From: Minutocellus sp. GHC0000111
Taxonomy: Eukaryota
NCBI GenBank assembly: GCA_977018835.1
Contig: OZ361261.1
Location: forward strand, 2,170,001 to 2,234,000
Reading direction: 5' to 3'
Length of the DNA stretch: 64,000 nucleotides
The translations under genes and the position numbers were made by a program. Shown here one piece after another: positions 1-11,612 of the stretch. Below the pieces are notes generated by a model. That model was not told the origin of the DNA. It searched no databases and saw nothing but the letters and a program-made list of their open reading frames with translations. Every line of letters begins with the position of its first letter. Position 1 is the first letter of the stretch.

Positions 1-2
1 AG

Positions 3-2855
3 GAGTCAGAGCTAGAGGACCTCAATCTACTCGATGATGACTTCGCCAACGATGGAGAGGAGGGAGATGTCCTCGGGTCGCTTCCTCAGCTCCAAATGAT
101 TCCCAGCACACTCTCAACGCAGAATGCCGAATACGCCCTCACGATTCCCATGTCGGTCTCGTCCATGTCCTTCTCCATCTCGCCCTCCATGAGCTCCACG
201 ATGTCCTTCTCTGCGTACACCTCGCCATCGTTCATCGATCAGGAGTATTCCTCAAAACGCATTTCCGCTTTCGATAATGTTCTATCGGACGATGCATCCG
301 ATGCGGACGTTGAGGACTACTCCGCCTACCTTAGTTTGTATTCAGCTTACACGGACTATACCGGTTATACCGCCAATACCGCCAACACAAACGCTACTGA
401 CTTCAGCACTCTGTCCAACTCATCGATGATGTCAACGCAGCTCGTGCCGAGCACTGCCAGCTGTGGCCCTATGTCATGCTTCGAGGCAGATGGCGACGAG
501 GAAGAAGAAATGCATATGGAAGAACAAGAAGAGGCTGAAGAGACGGCATGTGTGCCTGTCGAGCCAGTGGTCGAACCACCGGTTGAGAACGGAGATGCAC
601 AAACAAACGAAGAAGAAGACGCTGAGAAGTCTGCTTCGAATGAAGAGTCGACGTTTGGTTGCTTCTCCGACATGTCGTGGCTACAATGCCCGCTCTTCAA
701 CACAACGCCTGAAGAGCAAAGTCATGATATCGCCATCAACAATGCCATCGTCATCAGAAATTCGAACAACCTTTTCGTTCCATCTGTATTGTCGGCACAG
801 AGGCGCATGGGCCGCGAAGATCTTCTCCGATTGGCGATAGCTACAATTCTCAAACTGGTTGCAGAGCATAGTGCTTCTGCGAGGGAATCTGCTCCAAGTA
901 CAAGTACGAGCCTCGCAAGGAAGGCTTGCAGTGACGTCGTCGTGTACCAACCTTCATCTACTTCAGCTCCTCGAATTCCAGTTGCTTCAACTACTACTGC
1001 GTCTCAGGATGTTCCACCTTCTCAAGCCCCCCGTGACGCGCCCAGCTCTGGACCGTGTGAGCAGTTGACTCAAGTCCCATGCATTCCGGATGCGACATCG
1101 ATAGCTTCATCTCCCGAAACGTCCCCAGTACTAGTAGCGTCGAGCTCAGAATCTACGTTGGTATCTTTGGGTGCCGATGCCACTGAATGTTATGATGAGA
1201 AAACAGCAGCAAGGTCCGAGAACCTTGCGGATAGCAAAAGGCTAGAAGTAGACCAAGAAACCGTTTGTTCCGAACGCCAGAGTATGCCAACGATGTCTGG
1301 AGGTGCTTCCTTCCCTATAGATACATGTATGCTGCTCAGTTCGGCAGATCTTGCCACCGGCGTTATGCTCGAACTCGAGGCGAATGGATTGTTCCTCAAT
1401 GCCGCCGATAAGTTCAACGCCATGGATGAAGAGGCCCAGGTTCGCTTCATTAATCGCAACAATCATTCACTCCTCGGTCCTTCTCAACCTTTACCCGAAA
1501 CAAAATCCCGCGAAGGAGAAGAAGAAGTTGAACCTGAATTACCGAAGGAGATTGACTCTAAAACATCAACGAGTAAACAAGTCATCACTGGAGCGACCTC
1601 TGGCCGAGAGAGGGAGGAAGCTTTTTTTCAAGCGCTGCTGCTGCTGGTATCGTCATCGATTAGCAATGCCCTCGAGGAGATCTCGGGTTATTTCAATACT
1701 TCATATGCTGCTGCCACAGAGGAATCAGTTGAAAGAATGGCTGCTGTGACAGCACCCAAAGCCGTGGCCAAAATTATCGAAGAAGATATTATGGAACAGT
1801 TGGAGACTTCATCAGTCATTGACGAGATCCCTGCTATAGAGAAGATGGCTGCTGTTCCTGTAAAAGAAGAAGGTGTGGAATTTTCGGTTGAGCAGCACAA
1901 AGCTCTTCGTCAATCCGAGACCCTCTTTGATGCAGGTATTTCTTTCACCTTGTCGAGGTACTTGCAGGCAGTGAAGAAAGCAAAGGCGCATTTTGCCATC
2001 AAAAGATCACTCTCCGCAAGGCCAGAAGGTATTCCTAACGTTGAGGTCCCGCCGTCCGAGGGTGTTCCAAAGGTTGAGATTCCGCCGTCAGCCCAAAATC
2101 AGCAACTGGAGAAGACCAAAGATACATCCAAATGCCGGATCATAAAGTCTCGTGTCGTTCCCTTAGATCCCAAACGTCCTGGGATCGACGAAGATTATTT
2201 CAAGGACATTGTGGCAAAGAATAGCAACGCCGAGAAGAGTACGGAGCCAGTGGGCCTGCTAGGAATGTTACCTCCCCTGGAAACTTCCAGCCTCATGCGG
2301 TTCTTCGATATTTTCCCCTCCGTCATACCAGCGCCCAGCGACAGCATGGATAAACAATGCAGCGACGAATCTAAGAATACCGCAGTCAGTGAACCAAATG
2401 GAAATGAAAAGGAGACGAACGTTCGGGGATCGGCCGACACCAAGCAGGAGCCTCCCACAAGCAAGATGATGCTCACAAGTGATATTAATGAACGTGCATT
2501 GGCACCTAAGAAGAGGAGGGAAGTTTCAATTCCCAAGAGCAAACCGATCGAAGTCGATGACGCTGAAGATATCTGTCACCGGATTGTGCAGGAGCATATC
2601 AAAAGAAAGAAAAAGGTCGAAAAGGCCAAGAAGTTGGCTATACAGGAGCATCTCCACAAGTCTCGATCCGGCAAGGCATCTATGACTTCAACCATATCTA
2701 CTGATAGCCGCACAATGAATAGTGGCACAACAGTGAAGACTCGTACGGGTGTCAAGAAAGTAAAGAAATTAGCACCCCCGCGCCCCCAGCGCCAGGAAAG
2801 GAAAGATCAGGTTGACATGCCACGAAACTATCCACGGCGAAGCGGTCCCAGGTGA
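3..2855 (+). CDS. Large low-complexity Ser/Glu/Thr-rich hypothetical protein with basic C-terminus (5' partial)
   Basis: 919-aa ORF from ATG 96. The same frame is open back to position 3 (ESELEDLNLLDDDF...), so the gene probably starts upstream of the window. No recognisable domain; Lys/Arg-rich tail. Confidence 0.65.
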   Translation, partial: ESELEDLNLLDDDFANDGEEGDVLGSLPQLQMIPSTLSTQNAEYALTIPMSVSSMSFSISPSMSSTMSFSAYTSPSFIDQEYSSKRISAFDNVLSDDASDADVEDYSAYLSLYSAYTDYTGYTANTANTNATDFSTLSNSSMMSTQLVPSTASCGPMSCFEADGDEEEEMHMEEQEEAEETACVPVEPVVEPPVENGDAQTNEEEDAEKSASNEESTFGCFSDMSWLQCPLFNTTPEEQSHDIAINNAIVIRNSNNLFVPSVLSAQRRMGREDLLRLAIATILKLVAEHSASARESAPSTSTSLARKACSDVVVYQPSSTSAPRIPVASTTTASQDVPPSQAPRDAPSSGPCEQLTQVPCIPDATSIASSPETSPVLVASSSESTLVSLGADATECYDEKTAARSENLADSKRLEVDQETVCSERQSMPTMSGGASFPIDTCMLLSSADLATGVMLELEANGLFLNAADKFNAMDEEAQVRFINRNNHSLLGPSQPLPETKSREGEEEVEPELPKEIDSKTSTSKQVITGATSGREREEAFFQALLLLVSSSISNALEEISGYFNTSYAAATEESVERMAAVTAPKAVAKIIEEDIMEQLETSSVIDEIPAIEKMAAVPVKEEGVEFSVEQHKALRQSETLFDAGISFTLSRYLQAVKKAKAHFAIKRSLSARPEGIPNVEVPPSEGVPKVEIPPSAQNQQLEKTKDTSKCRIIKSRVVPLDPKRPGIDEDYFKDIVAKNSNAEKSTEPVGLLGMLPPLETSSLMRFFDIFPSVIPAPSDSMDKQCSDESKNTAVSEPNGNEKETNVRGSADTKQEPPTSKMMLTSDINERALAPKKRREVSIPKSKPIEVDDAEDICHRIVQEHIKRKKKVEKAKKLAIQEHLHKSRSGKASMTSTISTDSRTMNSGTTVKTRTGVKKVKKLAPPRPQRQERKDQVDMPRNYPRRSGPR

Positions 2856-3178
2856 CAGTGCGTACAAATCCCAAGACTCAACGAAACTACAAAGTCACTT
2901 CAGGTCTGAAGAAGTCGCGGAAGCCGCTGGTTAGTAGCCGTCGAGAATAATGAAACAAATGTACCTAGTAGCTAGTCTAGCTAGCTAGCTAAGTGCCGTT
3001 TATATGTCCATGGATCATATTAAAAGAGCCAAGTAATAATACAATAAGAAGAATGCTTTACATTTTTATTATCTATAGGTCCATACCTCGGCATACATGC
3101 ATGCATATGATGTACATGAACTACAGCTTAACAGCCATGCGCTAGGCATTTCATTTTTAACGAGCTTCATGTTCTAAA

Positions 3179-3919
3179 CTAGCTTGATGATTTGCTGGAC
3201 TTTCGAAGGCCCGAGCTTACCAAGTATCTGACCTTTTTTGAAACAATGCTTGTTTTCTTTTCGGTTGTCTGGTTCGTTCTCGTGTAGAGGTCCTCTTCAA
3301 CCAGTTCTACGGCGGCTGGTGTGATGGTTGGCTGGTTCGAGTAATCTTTCCAGGGGATGGTCTGTTCTTTCGCATTGAACTCGATGGCAACGGGTAGGAT
3401 GATGGGAATTTCAGAAAGTCCCATCTCTTTTCTCTCGGCCAAAAGGTTAGCGGCCACGACGGTAGCTTCGGCAGACGCATCATCGTCTGTTTTCCCACTG
3501 CTTTCTTCTGCTCCATCCCGTTGCTCGTCCTCACTTTCAACAATAACATCATTGTCTTTCTCAGTCGTTTCGGTTGTGCCATAGGTGCGATAAGTGTCAT
3601 ACGTTCCTCGTGAGTCAAATGTGCCCTCCGAGCGAAATGTACCAGCGGTGTAGTAGCCAGTGTAATCGGTACAGGCCGTACAAGCTGTGTAAGCGGTGGC
3701 AAGCGTGTTGTCATCATCCCAGCACTTATCTGCTCCACAGGTGCCATCGCCACCTATCCAACTATCGAAGCCACACACGTAACTAGAAATGGAATCGACG
3801 CGAAAGGCATCATCAGCTTTGCGAAGGAATGATTTCAGAGTTTTGTTCTCGTCGATGAAACGCAGCAGCAGCGGAGGGTCACCTTCCTCGGCCTTGCTGT
3901 CACTAACTTCTAGTACCAT
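3179..3919 (-). CDS. Acidic hypothetical protein (246 aa)
   Basis: ATG-initiated ORF convergent with ORF1. Thr/Tyr-rich segment (TAYTACTACTDYTGYYTAGT) followed by an acidic tract; AT-rich 3' flank. Confidence 0.55.
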   Translation of the reverse strand: MVLEVSDSKAEEGDPPLLLRFIDENKTLKSFLRKADDAFRVDSISSYVCGFDSWIGGDGTCGADKCWDDDNTLATAYTACTACTDYTGYYTAGTFRSEGTFDSRGTYDTYRTYGTTETTEKDNDVIVESEDEQRDGAEESSGKTDDDASAEATVVAANLLAERKEMGLSEIPIILPVAIEFNAKEQTIPWKDYSNQPTITPAAVELVEEDLYTRTNQTTEKKTSIVSKKVRYLVSSGLRKSSKSSS

Positions 3920-4367
3920 TATTTCTAGATCTTGCTCGCGTACGAAGTTGGGCGGGAGAAATATCTACAATGCCAGCAGTTTTATTCTTCGAGAAAGATG
4001 TGTGAAATGGCCATCTCATGTCTTGGGAAAGGAAAATGAAAGATTCCTGGCACATCGAAGAAAAGGCTGTGCCGATGATTGAACATAGCGTCAACATCAC
4101 TGCGCGGCCAGGAGCAATGGTGCGCCGATGAACTTGGCAACCGGCTCGGCAGTATCCGTCAAAATGAAGGAAAAGGTGGGAAAAGCTCGTCGCCGAGATT
4201 TTTGTCGTTGGAATCAGAGTCGAATGAGTCAAGTATCAGAAGCAAAAGTGCTGGCTGGGAGACGAGACCGAGGCCACGGTGGGAGAGATCCTTTCTAGAT
4301 CTAATAAATGGCTTTACCAGTACTTGAAATATGAAATTAAAGATATGAACTATTAGACCTTTCGGTT

Positions 4368-7300
4368 CTACTTAGAGTACTCCTCGCACTTTCTTAGGAA
4401 GAAGTCGCTGATGGAATCCAACGCCCAGTCAGCGCTAAGGACGGGGACCTTGCTAGAATCGACCAAACCAAGTGAGTCTCCGTGGTCCTTGAGGTACCTG
4501 TTGGCTTGCTTATAATCCTTTGCGGTGGCCTTGCACTTTACAAGAACGACAATGTTATCATTTGTTCGTCTGCCACTTGCTGATTGAAGGACGGCCATAA
4601 CGTCACGGAGGTTGGATGGAACTGTTGTCGAGGATGATGATGCTTTCGCCTCACTCGTCTCGACAACCTCTTTGAGGCCGGCCACGGTCGCACCGCTGAG
4701 TTGAAGTAGCACTGAAACGCGGCCTTGGCTGTATAGATTGGAATCGTCCACTTTGGCAGTGGCCGAGCTGGCGACTCCTCGACGTTTCCTGCCGCCGGCC
4801 TTGGAAGTCGTAGGTGCAACGTGATCAAAGTCACCAAAGAGCAAGATTGTGTAACCATCAAAGAGACCCTGCTTGGAAGCGATGGATCGTTGCGGAGCAC
4901 CGATCTCCTTTGCATCGGTATCGCCGCAGACGACATAAGGACAGCCGCTCTGCGGATCTCTGAAAGGATCGACATTATCGGAAGGACCTCTTCTTGCTCT
5001 CTTTGACCGCCCACCATCGTCGGGGCCACCGCCGTCAGTGCTATCCGTAGTACCGGCTCCTGCTGGGAGCAAGTATCTCCCCATCGGACCTCTACTGTTG
5101 GCATTGGCGTTGTTGGTTAGAAAATCAATATCGACCATAGGAAGACCGGCCGCAACACCAAGCAAATAGCGGAAGGACCGAGGCACGATGTAACCATCAG
5201 TGTACTGATATTCGCTGTTGGTGCTAACGCCGTAAACCGTTCCACCAGAATCCTTGGTCGCCTTTAAGACGGAGATGAAGGATGCGATGCCATTGGGGGT
5301 CTCAAAGTCGTACGGAATATCAAGATCGGAGTTATCAGTACCACTGGCGTGGTCGGCGCCATCTCCGATTGGGCTCAACTTGTTGGATTTGATGCACTTG
5401 CGGACTGTGCGAACATGAGCAGCCGATAGAGCTGACGAATGTGACAAGAAGAATACACGAGGTTCGCATTCGGCAGAGGACGCTCTCGTCGACTCGCGGA
5501 GGCCACGAGCCGTGTTGGATGGAGTTGCGGCCTTGCGCTTCTTGGTGTCGCTGTTGGGTGGACTTTCAGGTTTGGATTCGTCGATGGGTTTAGAATCATT
5601 CTGTGATGACTTTGCCTTCGGCTTTTGATCCTGGTCCTCATCCAATTCCTCTTCTTCGGCCTCCTCTTCATAATCAAAGGTCGGGTCCATCTGGCTGCCT
5701 GCGAGCATGATCGGGCTGAGTCCCTGTGAGCCAAACACTGGACTCTCGTCATCATCGTCAACCTGAAAGTCATCACCTTGCGGGATGGCACAGCTCTGGT
5801 CCAGCCCCGATCGGCCAGAGGTATTGACCCTGGGAGACGGGGAACGCATGGCGTCGGCGAGGGCGGAATCGAGTCGCCGTTCCATGGTCTGGACGTGTCC
5901 TACGAGCGATTGGCACTGCGATGGTTCCTGAATGGTGTCGTCAGCGGCAGTACCGGCACTGGCATCGGCGTGGCCACCACAACTCTTGGCTTGATGACTA
6001 ACATTGGAGGTGCCGGTCGTATTCATGGATGTTTCGCAGCTACCCTCCTCGAGAGTTGACAGATCCCCACGTGGGTTGGCCTCGTCACCGGCTGTGGAGT
6101 CCATGGTATCGACCCGCGAGAGCCGAGGAAGATTCGACGAGCTGTTGTTCCTGCTCCGGCTGATGTTGCTCTTGCGCTCGGTGGACGGTGACGGCATGCT
6201 GTGCGAGACGGTTGCCTCGCTGTCCTGACCGACGACATCTTCGTCGATGTCAGTGGCATCACTGTCGTCGTCTCCGTGGTCATCATCTCGTTGGCCATCC
6301 TCCTCGTCCTCGCTACCGTCCTCCTCTCGACCGGTAAAGTATCGGTTGGTGTTGCTGGTCGTGGCGGTCCCGTCGGTCATCTGCTCCTCGTCCTCCTCCA
6401 CGTCCTGCTTCGATGCGGCGGTGCAGAAGTCCTCCAGGTCGGAGGTGTTGTTGGTGTTGTTGGTGTTGAGAAGCGAATCCTTCTGACCGAGGAGGACGGT
6501 GGCGTCCAACCGCCTTCCGCCGCTACTGGCACCAGCACCGGCATCGGTACCGGCAATGCTCGGCTCTCTGGCCCGATCTTGGTCGTGATCCAAAGCACTC
6601 CCACTCGCCGCCGACAGGCCGAGTCCGCCCAGGAGGGAGGCGCGCTCATTGGGACGGACCGTCCGATCCAGGTTGTGGTTGGGCTGGCTGGCGCCGGACA
6701 AGAAGGTTGGGCCGTGCTCGTCTCGATGGGAGAGCGTGCCGTCGGCATCGTTTGCGGATCGGGCCGACAGGCCCAGCCCTCCCATGAGGGAGTTGCGTTC
6801 GCCGGGCAGGACGGTGGTATCGACGGCTTCAGCTGCGGCTGCGGCAGTACCAGCACCACCACCCATATCCGCACTGGCACCGCTGAGCAGCAGCAGGGCA
6901 TCGCGCTGCGACTTGGTGGCCGTCTCGGGACATGCGGCCGAGGCTTGAGAGGAGGCGTCCTCCACATTGTCATCCTTGGGCGTGGTGGTCAGAGCCTCCT
7001 TTTTCTCCTCCTCGTTGTCATTGTCGGATGGGGGGTTGAAATCGACCGGCTCCTCATCATCGTCGTCGCTGCTGCTCTCACCACCCTTATTATTACGATT
7101 GCGGCCCACGTCAAAGGTGACCGCCGACCGCCTGGCGTGACCATCATCGTCATCGTCGTCGTAATCGTACGCATCATTGGCACCACTGCCGCCTTCGGGA
7201 TAGTACACGTCCGACAGCTCCAGCATCTTCTTCTTCTTGCTGCTCTTGTCTTTTCCAGAAGCAGACGCAGACGCACTGTTGACACCGCACCTCTTCCTCT

Positions 7301-8103
7301 GGTCGCTGCCTCCTCTTTTTTTACCACCGCTCTTTTTTCACCTCCTTTCTTACCACCGCCCTTCTTGCCCTCCTTGGCCCTCCTGACGTCGGCGGCCTCC
7401 CCCCACCACCCGTCCTCCGCTTCGTTGAGCTCCCGGAGGACCCGGCCCAGACTCTCCACGCACCCCTCCAGGATGGGGTTGGCCCTCACAAAGCCACCTC
7501 CCCTGCCTGTGCGATGGTAGGGTATATCATCAACGGCCATTCACAACAATATATCATGGAAGGGAAGGCAGAGCAAATGGAGCAAGTAAAAGTTAGTTAA
7601 GTTAGTTGATTGCCACGATGACTATTGCGTATAGCAAAACCATTTGCAAAACAGAAATGCATTCGTGCGACGCGCAGCCATACATAATGGCACTCACCGC
7701 TCACCCCGCCGCCGCCCACCCGCCGCCTCCCGTCTCCCCCGCCGCAGTCCTTGCCGATGGTGATGGGAACGCAGCATCCGGCATACGGGCACTCCCAGCT
7801 GTTGCACGCATAATCACTGATGCACTGGAGACAAAAGGTGTGTCCACAGCTGGGCAGCGTGTGCGGTTTAGTGAAGGGGTGGACACAGAGGGGGCAGGTG
7901 AGGGTGGAGCGGAGGTGGGACAGGGTGAACGACATGGGGGCGGTGGTTTTGGAAATGGGGGGCATGGCCATCGGATTGTTGTTGGTGGTGGTGGTGTTGT
8001 TGGGGGAATCATTTGAAGTTGAATTTGGGTCGGCGGCGGAAGCTGCAGCCGCGGAAGCAGCCGCGGAAGCGGCCGCGGAGGAGGACGACGAGCCGCCGGC
8101 CAT
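4368..8103 (-). CDS. RING finger + tandem BRCT protein (BRCA1/BARD1-like); one intron and one apparent frameshift
   Basis: Exon 1 (ATG ~8103) has a C3HC4 RING (CPLC...CGHTFCLQC...CPYAGC). Intron ~7697-7507 (GTGAGT...CAG). Frame change in the A-run near 7335. C-terminal BRCT motifs VPRSFRYLLGVAAGLPMV, GLFDGYTILLFGDF and VPVLSADWALDSIS match the BRCA1-type tandem BRCT pattern. No ankyrin repeats seen. Confidence 0.8.
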
Positions 8104-8411
8104 CCTGGTCCGCTTATCCAAACGAACGATAGAGAGGAGGTCTGCTGCTGCGCTCCGCTTGCTTTCTCCGCCATTTTCTTTCCCGATGGGCGTCGCTCTG
8201 GTCCCGCGAGCCGGCCCGGCCTCCGCTCTCAAATCAATTTACGGCGCTGGCGAAACCGCAAGGATCTCGTTTTGAGCTGAAAAATGTTGACTTTGCGGGG
8301 CACCATACACGACGAAGGGCCGAAAATCGGCGAAGCCAAAGCATGAACCTGGCTGGTGGGCTACTTTGAAGGGCTCTGCTACCAAGTACCAGTTACGTGT
8401 AGTATCAGTAA

Positions 8412-10133
8412 ATGTCTGGCAGCAACTCGACCAATAGGATTATGCACTCGTCTATGCCCGCTCGGCATTCAACGATGGGCGGGAAGCGAAATGGCACAGC
8501 CAAGGCCAAATCCAATGCCAAAGCCAGCACGACATGCTCGTCCGCGGAGAAAAAACACCGACGAAGATCGTCGTCGCAATCGGCCACCTACTTTCTCGTC
8601 CTGTCGGCGCTTCTGATGGGCAATCAGATATCACTGCTGAACAAGGTGCACGACGATGCCAATCGACATCTAACAAAACATGACGAGATGGAGGCGACAC
8701 ATCATCATTATTTGATGCACAATTTGGAGAATAGGAGCCGACGCCGAAAATTGTCCGATTTTGGATCGGTGACAGATGGAGACAGGATACACAAGCACCG
8801 CCCAACGAGACGAAGGAGGCTAGGCGGCCAGCCACAACAACCAATGCCGATCGAGTACCATTCACCCGACTACGCCAACGAAACGCTCTTCCCCCCGCCC
8901 CCTGCAAGGTCACGACACCAACCCGCCGGAGGATTCGCGGCCTGCCTCCTCATCAAGGACGACAACCACCTGCTCGACGAGTGGATCGCCTACCATTCCA
9001 CCATCCTCCCCCTCAGGAATTTGCTGGTCGCCATCGATCCCATGTCGCACCAGAATCCCTTTCCCATATTGAAAAAGTGGAACCACACCGCCAGCAGCGT
9101 TAACATTACTGACTTGGACTTTACCATCGACGTATGGACCGATGCCAACTACATCCACGAACGGCAGATGCACAAGGTGTGCAACGAGTATCACGACCTC
9201 AACATGCTCAAGAATCATCGGTCGCGGCAGTCCGTCTTCATGCAGCGGTGTGCCATCCACATGAAGCAACGGGGGATGGATTGGACGATCATGACGGACA
9301 GCGATGAGTTCTTGACGTTCAACCCGATAGCGGACGATGAGGAGTTGCCACCGACCAGGTTGAAGATCAGTGCGCACGGAGCGTTGAGGGAACACCTGGC
9401 CGAGGCACGGAAATGTCTGCCGGCGAGCGTGGGTGGGAATACGACCATATATGACTTTTTGATGCAGGAAAGAGACAAGTTGCCGTGGAAAGACAAGAGC
9501 CGTGTTCTGTTGCCTCGACTGCTCTTTTCGTCTGTGGAGAGTACCCCCGAGGGACAACGGAAGTTGCTCCAGGCCACGGCCGAATATGGCATTGAGGATG
9601 TTCTCAGTCTCAACACCCAGCGCTTCTTCCGCACGGCGGGCAAGGCCCACAAAAAGTCGCACGAGTACAACAAGCTGGGCAAACCCATACTGGACCTGTC
9701 GAGGTTGGACATGGACACCGACCTGCAGCGCAAGATTATGAACCCGCACAATCCCATCCCGGCGTGCGGTGCGACGCATGCCCGATTCGACGAATCGCTG
9801 TTGAGGGTGCACCACTATCTGGGCACGGCTGATCAGTACGGTGCCAGACGAGACGTCCGGCGGAGTGATGAGGTGTATCTCGAAAAGGCTCGGTTGGAGA
9901 AGGGGGTCAACTTTGATCTGCAACCTTGGTTGGGGCGATTTGTTCGTACGGTTGGGAAGGAACGGGCTCAAAAGTTGTTGAAGGATGCTGGAAAGGTGTT
10001 GAATGAGGATCCGTTCGATCTATGTGATGGGGGAAAGAATGAGAATGTTCCAGTGCCTTGGGTTCCGCATTATTTGATGGCGGCATTGGAAAAGTTGAAG
10101 GAGAAGGGAACAATCGCAGAGCATTTAAAGTAA
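8412..10133 (+). CDS. Type II membrane glycosyltransferase, GT92/DUF23- or GT2-like (diatom family)
   Basis: N-terminal TM (TYFLVLSALLMG); FAACLLIKDDNHLLDEWIAYH motif; DxD motif in WTIMTDSDEFL; C-terminal LRVHHYLGT. Confidence 0.75.
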   Translation: MSGSNSTNRIMHSSMPARHSTMGGKRNGTAKAKSNAKASTTCSSAEKKHRRRSSSQSATYFLVLSALLMGNQISLLNKVHDDANRHLTKHDEMEATHHHYLMHNLENRSRRRKLSDFGSVTDGDRIHKHRPTRRRRLGGQPQQPMPIEYHSPDYANETLFPPPPARSRHQPAGGFAACLLIKDDNHLLDEWIAYHSTILPLRNLLVAIDPMSHQNPFPILKKWNHTASSVNITDLDFTIDVWTDANYIHERQMHKVCNEYHDLNMLKNHRSRQSVFMQRCAIHMKQRGMDWTIMTDSDEFLTFNPIADDEELPPTRLKISAHGALREHLAEARKCLPASVGGNTTIYDFLMQERDKLPWKDKSRVLLPRLLFSSVESTPEGQRKLLQATAEYGIEDVLSLNTQRFFRTAGKAHKKSHEYNKLGKPILDLSRLDMDTDLQRKIMNPHNPIPACGATHARFDESLLRVHHYLGTADQYGARRDVRRSDEVYLEKARLEKGVNFDLQPWLGRFVRTVGKERAQKLLKDAGKVLNEDPFDLCDGGKNENVPVPWVPHYLMAALEKLKEKGTIAEHLK

Positions 10134-10446
10134 GAATATTTTCTTGACTTGGCTTGTGTTTAAACACTTGCAAAGTTCTACATTTCCAGAGTCTGGCCGT
10201 AGTAGATTCCTCTATAAATCTTGTCTTTATAATAAGTAAGTCTGCAAAAATTTGTGGGACATCCAACAACCTTATGGCCGAGGGCAAGTATTTTGGGCTT
10301 CCACAACACATGCATTATAAGACAACTAGGTGCCAAGCCCCCTCTCTCCTTCACTCCTTCTTACAAATAACAAATGAGATCCTCAAATTCTACACACACC
10401 CATCCCTTCGAAGGAATGAAATATTTTCATCCAATTTTCTTTTGAT

Positions 10447-11226
10447 CTACTCATAGTCATAATCCCTTCGTCGGGACATGGTGATGGGGTCGTCCTGGAT
10501 CATCTCGAACGAACCGCCGCGATTATCCAGGTCTTCTTCTCTAAGCTCAATTTTTCTGTGATCTAGGTACCAGCAGCCACAGCAAATGAGAAGGGCGGCA
10601 ACTCCAACGGATGCACCGGCAATTATGGCCACTCGACTGGCCGAGGGGACATCGTAATACTCACTCTGGCCGGTGGGGTTGGTCACACGGGTGGTAATGT
10701 GAGCCTTGCAGTCGCCAATGAGTTCGGTACCATCGGCGTCGGAATACACCAAAAGTTCAGCCATGAACTTTTCCCCGGTGAGGAACCAATCCTTATCCCC
10801 CCACGTGGGCAGCGTGTGCGTCGCTCGGAGGGTGTACGTGCCGTCCTGGGGGCAGTAGCCGTACCCACCGCTGGTCCAGGTGCACAGGTTGACCTGCTGG
10901 GGTTCGCTGTACTGGTTGAGCGCGTACTGGTTGGCAACGTCGTCGATTTGGGAATATCCCGTGTCGAGACCGATCCGGAGCATGGTGTAGGCCGTGGCGG
11001 ACGAGACGCCGCTCAGGGTGATGGTCGACTTGACGGACACGTCCTGGCCGAGCATGCAGTATCCGTCGTGGGGGTAGCAATCGAGGGAGGCCGAGGAGGC
11101 CGATATGGGCAGGGACGAGTCGCACTCGAGGCTGGTGATGGTGATGTCTGCGGCCTGAGCAGCAGGGGCGGCTCCGAGGAGGAGCAGCGATGTGCCGACC
11201 AGACTGGTCAATAGGGATCGAGTCAT
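10447..11226 (-). CDS. Type I membrane protein with Cys-containing ML/NPC2-like ectodomain
   Basis: Likely ATG at 11226. Signal peptide (LLLLGAAPAAQA), ectodomain pattern VNLC...YCPQDGTY...LP...LIGDC, C-terminal TM (VAIIAGASVGVAALLICCGCW). The fold assignment is inference. Confidence 0.6.
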   Translation of the reverse strand: MTRSLLTSLVGTSLLLLGAAPAAQAADITITSLECDSSLPISASSASLDCYPHDGYCMLGQDVSVKSTITLSGVSSATAYTMLRIGLDTGYSQIDDVANQYALNQYSEPQQVNLCTWTSGGYGYCPQDGTYTLRATHTLPTWGDKDWFLTGEKFMAELLVYSDADGTELIGDCKAHITTRVTNPTGQSEYYDVPSASRVAIIAGASVGVAALLICCGCWYLDHRKIELREEDLDNRGGSFEMIQDDPITMSRRRDYDYE

Positions 11227-11612
11227 TGCTAATTGTGGCAAACGCTTCTTGTCAAAACAGTAGGAGGATACGTCGATCGCAAAAGAATATCTCCCGCTAG
11301 GCAGCTACGGCCTAAGAGATTCGATTCAGAGAATTCGACAAACAAAGTTACTTCGTCGTAACACGAGATCAGTTGGGTCTGGTAGCCAGTCCCTTGGACA
11401 ACTTTTTTGGCGAGAAGTTATTGGCGGCAGGTCGCCAGGTCGGCGATATTCGGTGAGGTTTGGACGAAACCACGCCACGCACATCTCTCGGCGCAGATCC
11501 GCCCGCGAGGAACACAGGCGAGCGAAGCGAAGAACGGGCTGGAAGCTGGAGACGTGTGGCTTATTATCACCATTGATACCACGTACAAGTATACGCGGCT
11601 GGTCTCATCGCC

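Noticed and set aside
6201..7520. 439-aa plus-strand ORF
   Set aside because: Antisense shadow of the BRCA1-like gene (V/L/G-rich complement of Asp/Glu/Asn codons).
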